Sequence record: OZ196593.1
Direction: 5' to 3' (one strand)
DNA: 64,000 nt
Positions 28,806-35,087 of this stretch are shown here, piece by piece (position 1 is the stretch's first letter; every line of letters begins with the position of its first letter). A model generated the notes under the pieces. That model ran no database searches. It had not been told where the DNA came from and saw only the letters and a program-made list of their open reading frames with translations. A program made the translations under genes and the position numbers.

Positions 28806-29018
28806 CTATTTTAACTCTGTGACGCCTATATTTTTCCAATCAAACAGACCATCGACATCTTCAAGCGATTCGCCAGTCACGTCTGCAATATAAGCAGCGA
28901 CTTTCGATTCGATTTCGTCATTACTTAGAGACTCATCAACAGTGAAAATCTCTTCGTTGTTATTACCACCGAATGTGCCGTTAATGTCGTATTCACACCA
29001 AACTGATATGTATTTCAT
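28806..29018 (-). CDS. hypothetical acidic protein
   Basis: 70-aa ORF with GAG RBS. Confidence 0.6.
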   Translation of the reverse strand: MKYISVWCEYDINGTFGGNNNEEIFTVDESLSNDEIESKVAAYIADVTGESLEDVDGLFDWKNIGVTELK

Positions 29019-29043
29019 AATGTCTCACAAAGTTAATAAAATA

Positions 29044-29118
29044 TGGTGCTCCCGGACAGACTCGAACTGCCATAACCTGATTACAAAACAGGGATAATCG
29101 CCTTTATATTACGGGAGC
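29044..29118 (-). tRNA. tRNA-Thr(TGT)
   Basis: loop TTTGTAA, CCA. Confidence 0.85.
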
Positions 29119-29122
29119 GAAA

Positions 29123-29236
29123 CTGAGTGTCGTTTATACCGCGTCTCCAAGACCTGAGATACCAACTCAGCATGGGATTCGAACCCACCGACGTTTCTTG
29201 TATCGAAAGAAATTTTAAATTGCTGTAAACACTCTT
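29123..29236 (-). ncRNA. circularly permuted tRNA-like RNA (YrlA/Y-RNA-like topology)
   Basis: GAGTGT-TTA-CAGCAA / hairpin TTTCTT-TCGATAC-AAGAAA / T-arm GTGGG-TTCGAAT-CCCAT / closed acceptor CTGAG-TTGGTAT-CTCAG / D-like GTCT-TGG-AGAC / ACACTC. Confidence 0.75.
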
Positions 29237-29243
29237 AGTATTT

Positions 29244-29317
29244 TGGCTGGGGATAACGGACTCGAACCGATACTGCGAAAGTCAAAGTTTCGTATGCTGC
29301 CATTACATCAATCCCCT
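29244..29317 (-). tRNA. tRNA-Gln(TTG)
   Basis: loop CTTTGAC, G73, CCA; A1-A72 mismatch. Confidence 0.88.
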
Positions 29318-29325
29318 ATTGTTCT

Positions 29326-29550
29326 TTAGCGACTCGAATTGATCTCATCGATCATTCGTTTAGCTAGTTTCGTAGCTAGTGCTTTATCAGCATCGCCAGT
29401 TGTTTCTATGTCGTATGCAATTTTACTCACATACTTTGAGTCTAGCGCACCCGCTGATTGTTTAGACCAGTGATCCTTGACTTTCTGATATTTCGTCATG
29501 TCAATCGAATCTTTTGTCGCTTCACCCAAAAATTCTGCTAATGTTTTCAT
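29326..29550 (-). CDS. internal head protein candidate
   Basis: exact TATAAATA late promoter at 29580-29587; N-terminus MKTLAEFLGE resembles the T4 capsid-targeting sequence. Confidence 0.65.
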   Translation of the reverse strand: MKTLAEFLGEATKDSIDMTKYQKVKDHWSKQSAGALDSKYVSKIAYDIETTGDADKALATKLAKRMIDEINSSR

Positions 29551-29739
29551 ATCTCTATTCTTATTAAAGTGTAAAAACATATTTATATGCAAGATAACAT
29601 ACACGACGGCGTAAGTAGTCGTTCTTATGTTTAGACTAGAAATCCACGTCACATCATTAATGCTATAATTGCGCCACTCTCTACTATGAATATGTTATGC
29701 ATTATTCATGCAGACTCTTCTTGCGCTGTAAATTATCTT

Positions 29740-29815
29740 TGGCGGAACTGACGGGGCTCGAACCCGCTTCCTTCTCCGTGACAGGGAGGTATGCACCCAG
29801 TTACACCTCAGCTCC
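29740..29815 (-). tRNA. tRNA-Asp(GTC)
   Basis: loop CTGTCAC, G73, CCA. Confidence 0.92.
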
Positions 29816-29834
29816 CCAAAGATAACTCTTTGTA

Positions 29835-29912
29835 TTAAGACACTGTAATCGTTTGGTTTTTTTTCTTCAAATAAAAAATACTGGTTTGTTTGCAGAATGA
29901 TTACTATCTTAA
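29835..29912 (-). ncRNA. minimal motif RNA (78 nt), helix-ATT-CTGCAA family
   Basis: TTAAGATA/TGTCTTAA and GTAATC/GATTAC helices enclosing ATT-CTGCAAAC and an A/U-rich loop. Confidence 0.65.
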
Positions 29913-29915
29913 ATC

Positions 29916-29989
29916 TGGCAGGGGCATAGAGATTCGAACTCTAACGAACAGGTTTGGAATCTGTCATGCTGCCATTACATCATGCCCCT
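29916..29989 (-). tRNA. tRNA-Trp(CCA)
   Basis: loop TTCCAAA, CCA. Confidence 0.9.
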
Positions 29990-30037
29990 ATTGCGTATGA
30001 GGTGGCTTGAATCAGTGGTCACACTCACGCTAAAATT

Positions 30038-30111
30038 TGGTACTCACGAAGAGAATCGAACTCTTATCTGACGATTATCGGTCGTCTGCTTTACCGTTAA
30101 GCTACGCGAGT
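30038..30111 (-). tRNA. tRNA-Ile(GAT)
   Basis: loop CCGATAA (C33), CCA. Confidence 0.85.
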
Positions 30112-30176
30112 AGAGTACGCTCGAAAGCGCACAATGTTAATCGGTTAAGTGACTAGCTCGACCAATGTAACATATT

Positions 30177-30269
30177 TGGAGGAAGATAACAGAGTCGAAC
30201 TGTCACCGCGCTACTAACGCAATGGGCTGGTTTTCAAGACCAGTTGCGAACCACATCGCCCTATCTTCC
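30177..30269 (-). tRNA. tRNA-Ser(TGA)
   Basis: loop CTTGAAA, long variable arm, CCA. Confidence 0.88.
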
Positions 30270-30274
30270 TTTAA

Positions 30275-30523
30275 TTACTTATGTCGTCCCCAATACATCT
30301 TATCAAAGCTGTTTAGGTATTCTTCGACTTTAGCTACATCAGCCGCACTAACAACCCATTCGTTGTCTTGAGTCGTGCGTTTATTCGCAGGAACTGCTTT
30401 AGCGCCTAATTTAGCCATTGTGTTTCTGTGTCGTTCGCGATCCATTGAGCCACTAAAAAGTGAGCCAGATACGCCGTACGTAACGTCCGTTGCTTCTGCA
30501 AGAAACTCTTGTAAAGTTTTCAT
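30275..30523 (-). CDS. internal head protein candidate
   Basis: N-terminus MKTLQEFLAE is close to the T4 capsid-targeting sequence MKTYQEFIAE; TCTAAATA upstream. Confidence 0.7.
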   Translation of the reverse strand: MKTLQEFLAEATDVTYGVSGSLFSGSMDRERHRNTMAKLGAKAVPANKRTTQDNEWVVSAADVAKVEEYLNSFDKMYWGRHK

Positions 30524-30568
30524 GTTTTCCACCATTGTCTTAAAACAATATTTAGACGTTTTAAAAAT

Positions 30569-30647
30569 TGGATGCGTGGGGTTGGATTCGAACCAACGAC
30601 CTCTAGCTTATGAGACTAGTGAGCTGACCTGACTGCTCTACCCCGCA
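30569..30647 (-). tRNA. tRNA-Met(CAT), initiator-like acceptor/D region
   Basis: TGCGGGG TAGAGCAG..AGCTC; loop CTCATAA; acceptor has a bulged A; lacks the GGG/CCC anticodon-stem triad. Confidence 0.8.
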
Positions 30648-30651
30648 ACTA

Positions 30652-30846
30652 TTACTTATTGAACTGAACTACGCAAGTATCTGATTGATACATTATCATG
30701 CCAGTTGCTTCCGCGTCTATATGAACGATGCAGCCGTTTGCCCCATCTTCACCGCGTGATGCTACATCTTTAATCGAAATGCCACTTGAACAAGCTGTCA
30801 ATGACAGTGCAAGTGCTAATGCTGCTATTGCTTTCATGATGTTCAC
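30652..30846 (-). CDS. small lipoprotein
   Basis: signal peptide with lipobox LTAC. Confidence 0.6.
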   Translation of the reverse strand: MNIMKAIAALALALSLTACSSGISIKDVASRGEDGANGCIVHIDAEATGMIMYQSDTCVVQFNK

Positions 30847-30853
30847 CTTAATT

Positions 30854-30938
30854 TGGTGGGCGATAGAGGAATCGAACCTCTCTACCCTTTCGGGTCACGG
30901 GGTTACAGCCCGCTGTCTCACCTTGAGACGTACCGCCC
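30854..30938 (-). tRNA. tRNA-Tyr(GTA)
   Basis: loop CTGTAAC, variable arm CCC-GAAA-GGG, CCA. Confidence 0.9.
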
Positions 30939-30944
30939 ATAAAT

Positions 30945-31018
30945 TGGTACTCCGTACGGGAGTCGAACCCGTCCCTTTAGATTGAAAGTCTAACGATCTA
31001 CCAATAATCTAACGGAGC
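30945..31018 (-). tRNA. tRNA-Glu(TTC)
   Basis: loop CTTTCAA, CCA. Confidence 0.9.
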
Positions 31019-31142
31019 ATTGAAAAATTATTTATTAGCAAACTAGCAAGTTATCTGAGATAATCATTTAACGGGCCCAGCTAGTAAACTAATAGATAAT
31101 TTCTCATCTAGAGATAGTTTAGTGACTTCTCAACGGTCAATA

Positions 31143-31217
31143 TGGTGCGTCGCCTGAGATTCGAACTCAGACTTTTCTGGTTAAAAGCCAGATGTACTAC
31201 CATTATACGAACGACGC
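31143..31217 (-). tRNA. tRNA-Lys(TTT)
   Basis: loop CTTTTAA, CCA. Confidence 0.9.
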
Positions 31218-31223
31218 ATTAAC

Positions 31224-31298
31224 TGGTGCACCCTCTCGGAATCGAACCGAGCACTGTGGGACTTCACTCCACCGCTTTTCCTGATAAGCTAAGGGTAC
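31224..31298 (-). tRNA. tRNA-Phe(GAA)
   Basis: loop GTGAAGT, CCA. Confidence 0.83.
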
Positions 31299-31304
31299 TT
31301 TATT

Positions 31305-31379
31305 TGGCGGACGTGGAGAATTTCGAAATCTCGACCCCGGTGTTAACAGCACCGCGCTCTGCCTCTGAGCTACACATCC
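31305..31379 (-). tRNA. tRNA-Asn(GTT)
   Basis: loop CTGTTAA, G73, CCA. Confidence 0.9.
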
Positions 31380-31384
31380 AAATT

Positions 31385-31461
31385 TGGTACGCAGAGAGAG
31401 ATTCGAACTCTCAACTCCTAGTTTCTAAGACTAGCGGCTCTGCCAATTGGCCTACCTGCGC
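31385..31461 (-). tRNA. tRNA-Leu(TAG), short variable loop
   Basis: loop CTTAGAA, CCA. Confidence 0.88.
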
Positions 31462-31474
31462 ACTGTGTAAATAA

Positions 31475-31549
31475 TGGTCGGAGTAGAAGAATTCGAATCT
31501 TCACCGCTCGGCCCCAAACCGACTATGCTGCCATTAACACCATACTCCG
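31475..31549 (-). tRNA. tRNA-Pro(TGG)
   Basis: C1-G72, loop TTTGGGG, CCA. Confidence 0.88.
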
Positions 31550-31577
31550 AAAAACTTTTGTAGAACTTCGTTCTTAC

Positions 31578-31775
31578 ATTGTACATGATGTTTTCTTCGT
31601 TGTAAACATCTTTTTTGAAAAACTTTTCGTTCGTTTTCGAACGTTTAAATGCTTTTCTCTATTGTACATGATGTTTTCGTCATTGTAAACATCTTTTTTA
31701 AATCTTTTTGAATGACTTAACGTTTTTGTTTTAACACGTTAATCATATCACTCGTTTACGACTCGTTAAACACTT
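31578..31775 (-). promoter_or_regulatory. three tandem early-type promoters
   Basis: two near-identical GTTTACA-17 nt-TACAAT repeats (about 31580-31615 and 31660-31698) and GTTTAA...TATGAT. Confidence 0.7.
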
Positions 31776-31847
31776 ATTTGTGAATAATTTCGTTAAATTC
31801 TATCATCGCGACAGTAGATAACGAGACACGGTCCTAAACGTATCGTT

Positions 31848-31923
31848 TGGCACTCGATATAAGATTCGAACTTATAACCTGCGCCTTCGTAGGACGCTGC
31901 TCTTCCAATTGAGCTAATCGAGC
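31848..31923 (-). tRNA. tRNA-Arg(ACG)
   Basis: loop CTACGAA, CCA. Confidence 0.92.
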
Positions 31924-32292
31924 ATTAAAGCTTGTTTGCTTTCTTTGTTTATCATACTCTGCTTTGAAAGCATGTTAAACAAAGAATTTCAGTTTATTTC
32001 GCCCATAAAAAAGGACGCTAATCTGCGTCCTCAAGTATACTTCTATGTTATACTTTCGGACTACATTCGTGGATCCCATTTCTGGTTGCCAAACGTCGGA
32101 TTCGCCAGATATACCGATACTGAGCTAAAGCGCATTTCGCTTCGTAAAATCTCAATATGTGTATTAGAATGTGGCATCGTGGCTCTCTTTTCGAACGTAA
32201 AAATTGTTGTTTTGTTTTTTCTATAATTGTACTTATAAGACTAAAATCGAGGTTTCGTGCGTTTTTTGCAAAAAACCTCGAAAAAAGTGAAA

Positions 32293-32532
32293 TTATTTTT
32301 TAAAGTGCTTTCTTTTATTGCACTCAGCTAAGATTTCATTGTCATAATGATTCTGAAGCTGCTTGAATTTCTTGTGCTGATCTGGCGTTAGCTCATTCTC
32401 ATCACGAAGATTTTTCAAGAACCCAAGAGGTTTACGAAACGACTTGCGATACGCGTCTAGACGTTGATCAGTCAAACCGACTAGTTGTTTAGGCGTTAGC
32501 AATGTCTTATTAATGTCAAAGTTCTTACTCAT
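32293..32532 (-). CDS. hypothetical basic protein
   Basis: 79-aa ORF with AGGGG RBS. Confidence 0.6.
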   Translation of the reverse strand: MSKNFDINKTLLTPKQLVGLTDQRLDAYRKSFRKPLGFLKNLRDENELTPDQHKKFKQLQNHYDNEILAECNKRKHFKK

Positions 32533-32554
32533 GTGTTACCCCTTGTATTGAAAT

Positions 32555-32669
32555 TGGCTGACCGATGCGGGACTCGAACCCACGACCACGTGCTTAACAG
32601 GCAATTAGAAATGCGGTAGCGATACTTATCAATATCATTTACGTGCTCTACCACTGAGCTAATCGGTCA
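32555..32669 (-). ncRNA. tRNA-Asn(GTT)-like RNA with a 38-nt insertion in the anticodon stem
   Basis: canonical D and T arms; removing 32603-32640 restores CGTGC-CTGTTAA-GCACG; CCA end. Confidence 0.75.
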
Positions 32670-32674
32670 ATTGT

Positions 32675-32919
32675 TTAGTTCGCTTTTGCAGTGCACCGAG
32701 CCACCTCAGAATTGATACATTTCGGTTGACGCGCATTCGGATGGTTACGCTTTGCGTCGTGAGCCTGTCAGCGATGCCGCTTTCGCAATGCACCCCGTTT
32801 CTCACCTACTCTGCCCTACAGACGTTATCTGCTTGGTTAACAATTGCACTCGCATTAGGTATAACATGTCACCGTCATCTTCCGGACGATTTCAGTGTAT
32901 GCACTCAAAAGCGAACTAA
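32675..32919 (-). ncRNA. structured ncRNA (~245 nt), unknown family
   Basis: 14-bp terminal inverted repeat plus GTGCA/TGCAC; hairpins ATCGTC/GACGGT, TGC-GAAA-GCG, ACGC/GCGT. Confidence 0.6.
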
Positions 32920-32932
32920 TGTTGATTCTATT

Positions 32933-33481
32933 CTACTTCTCTCGCAATGTAAACAGCAGATTGCGATAATCGAAGTTTCGTTTGTTCTTTGTATTGTAGA
33001 AGCTAGTCCAGTCGATTGCAACGGGACAATTCTTACTACCGACACGAGCAATGAATATCTCGTGTGTCGCGCTGTGCTTCGCGTTATAAGCTCTTACTCG
33101 TTTTTCATAGTGAGCTATGTATTCTGCACAAGCAGCGTTGTAATCAGCTCTAGAGAACGTCTTACCTTTCATAAAGCGTGCATCAAGATACGGACGAATA
33201 ACTCGAACGCGTTCTCCCGACCATGCCATATTAAAGCTGTTTTCAATTTCACCTAGAATTTGACCAGTCTTTAAGTTACGGCTCAGTATGACCCAACAGC
33301 GTGTACGACGATAGTCTTCAAAACGCATCACCTTAATGTGTGCATTAATGAATTCATCGCGTTTAGCGTTGCACTCAATGCGTGCTGCACGACGCTGTTC
33401 TTCAGTCATCGACTCTCGAACTTCTTTCGGATACAATGTAGCAAAGCGTTTCGGGCAATCTGCCATCGTTAGCTTTTTCAT
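32933..33481 (-). CDS. hypothetical protein
   Basis: 182-aa ORF. Confidence 0.65.
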   Translation of the reverse strand: MKKLTMADCPKRFATLYPKEVRESMTEEQRRAARIECNAKRDEFINAHIKVMRFEDYRRTRCWVILSRNLKTGQILGEIENSFNMAWSGERVRVIRPYLDARFMKGKTFSRADYNAACAEYIAHYEKRVRAYNAKHSATHEIFIARVGSKNCPVAIDWTSFYNTKNKRNFDYRNLLFTLREK

Positions 33482-33688
33482 ATCATACCTCTCTTGCGTT
33501 TAAGTTGCGAACGCTCAATTTGATTGAAGACTTGCTTATCTTTTGCTTTATTGCGTCGAGAATTACCCCAACGACTTCCAGCACATACACCAAAGCGGTC
33601 TTTTTTAAGCTTCTTAGCTAACCACAATGGTACTTCGACACGAGCACGTAAGTAGTGCTTTGCGATGTCTTTATAAGTCTTGCCCATG
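33478..33688 (-). CDS. small basic protein (start MGKTYK)
   Basis: GAGG RBS before MGKTYK; the longer call overlaps an RNA T-arm. Confidence 0.55.
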
Positions 33689-33703
33689 ATAATTTCCTCT
33701 TGT

Positions 33704-33941
33704 TGCCGCTCCGTGGAATCGAACCACGTCAAACACAACACCTCGTCAGCCCAATAAGAGTTTCGAAGTAAGAGCTTACTAGCACATTAAAGCACGGGGC
33801 ATTATTTCTCTCAAGCAGTTTTCGACCACCGCGTGAGCTTTCTTATCCCCAGTCCCAGTGATTCAGAACGAAACATGATAGCGAGTCATGAGTTGAACTA
33901 ATGTTGGGAAAACACTGCGTATTGTACACCGAGTAAGCGGC
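33704..33941 (-). ncRNA. 238-nt RNA with tRNA-like acceptor stem and T-arm
   Basis: GCCGCTT/GAGCGGC stem, CGTGG-TTCGATT-CCACG T-arm, structured ~200-nt interior. Confidence 0.6.
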
Positions 33942-33955
33942 ATTGTTAATAAACT

Positions 33956-34075
33956 TGGTGCCCTACGTGAACGTTGAACGTTTTTCTACTTAGCTTCCAT
34001 CTACCTCACTCAACGAAGAGCTATAGATTCCGTCAAGGTCTACTTCCACTTGACTAAGCGATTCAAACGTAGGAC
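33956..34075 (-). ncRNA. 120-nt CCA-ended non-tRNA RNA (T4 RnaC/RnaD-like class)
   Basis: GTCCTACG/CGTAGGGC-A-CCA; three-way junction GCTTAG/CTAAGT, TCAAG/CTTGA, TCTA/TAGA. Confidence 0.6.
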
Positions 34076-34114
34076 ATATTTTGAAAGTAGTCTCGTAAAA
34101 CTACTTTGAGAATA

Positions 34115-34192
34115 TGGTGACCCTCGTGGGACTCGAACCCAACTATCTTTCGGTTATGAGCCGACTGCTTTTACCAGTTAAGCTAAAGGGCC
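34115..34192 (-). tRNA. tRNA(CAT), Ile2-like
   Basis: GGCCCTT acceptor and loop CTCATAA resemble bacterial tRNA-Ile2. Confidence 0.8.
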
Positions 34193-34193
34193 A

Positions 34194-34559
34194 TTATGTT
34201 TCTAGCCATCTACCAATCTTTGCAGCGAAGATGTTTTCTTCTTCGTTGATTAGCGCAGTCGATTTCATTTGATGAAACATATCTTGCTTGTGAAGCGTAT
34301 CAAGTTTGACTGCACATTGCAACAACTCTTTTACGCTTCGCATAATTTCTTCTGAATCAAGCTGCGACGTTTCAGGATGATAAATCAAATTCTGAAGCAC
34401 AGCTTCTATGTTGCCGTAACAACCCATACCAATAAAATTGATGATAAGTCGATACTGCATTTCTACTGAGAATGAACAATGCTTGCGCAAATTGCGCTTA
34501 ACGACTTCACATACTAGCAACTTCTCTTCGAGTTCTTGCTTTATTGCTGTAAACTTCAT
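34194..34559 (-). CDS. hypothetical protein
   Basis: 121-aa ORF with GAGGTG RBS. Confidence 0.65.
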   Translation of the reverse strand: MKFTAIKQELEEKLLVCEVVKRNLRKHCSFSVEMQYRLIINFIGMGCYGNIEAVLQNLIYHPETSQLDSEEIMRSVKELLQCAVKLDTLHKQDMFHQMKSTALINEEENIFAAKIGRWLET

Positions 34560-34575
34560 TGTTCACCTCTTAAAA

Positions 34576-34698
34576 TGGTGGAGAGTGCGGGATTCGAACC
34601 ACGCGGCCAAAAGATTTACTTAGTTAGTGTTTGCAGCATGAATACTTGACAATATTCTGTCAACGTTCTTTTGCTCTACCAGACTGAGCTAACTCTCC
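34576..34698 (-). ncRNA. tRNA-like RNA whose anticodon loop is replaced by a ~52-nt motif module
   Basis: acceptor GGAGAGT/ACTCTCC-ACCA, D, T and AAAGA/TCTTT stem intact; the loop contains a hairpin then ATG-CTGCAAAC. Confidence 0.75.
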
Positions 34699-34710
34699 AT
34701 TTAAAACACA

Positions 34711-34834
34711 TTGAGCAGGGTGCAGGATTCGAACCTGCGTCACGATCTTAGAATGATATGCTGTTTGGGTTGCTGAATACAAGCTATACAACTTGCGTTT
34801 ATGCTACGTGTGCTAGCCACTACACCAACCCTGC
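34711..34834 (-). ncRNA. tRNA-Arg(TCT)-like RNA with a 49-nt insertion in the anticodon stem
   Basis: removing 34758-34806 restores CGATC-ATTCTAA-GATCG; ends in TCAA (no CCA); 17-bp extended terminal stem. Confidence 0.75.
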
Positions 34835-34883
34835 TCAATGTGTTCTAGTGCAATGCCATATGAACTCACATGGCATCACTGAA

Positions 34884-35019
34884 CCTGTTTTATATTGCCT
34901 TAGCTAACTAACACAATCTGAAATCGTGCGCTTTAATAAAGGGAGTGCGTCCCTCTTCGCCAGTTAGCATAGATGTGTTGCTATGCACCCATTTTTCAAT
35001 CATGTCCAAGGCAAACAGG
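34884..35019 (-). ncRNA. putative structured ncRNA
   Basis: nested helices CCTGTTT/AAACAGG, TGCCTT/AAGGCA, GCTAACT/AGTTAGC, GCATAG/CTATGC. Confidence 0.45.
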
Positions 35020-35087
35020 ACTATGAATACGAGTGCGAGAAGATATACAATCAAATTGAAACACCTCGCTAAAAAGTTAGAGCATAT

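Noticed and set aside
32675-32919. RNase P RNA
   Set aside because: Lacks the GAGGAAAGUCC and ACAGAA..CGGCUUA P4 signatures.
33704-33941. tmRNA
   Set aside because: No G3.U70 alanine determinant, no CCA, too short and no convincing tag frame; kept as an unknown tRNA-like RNA.
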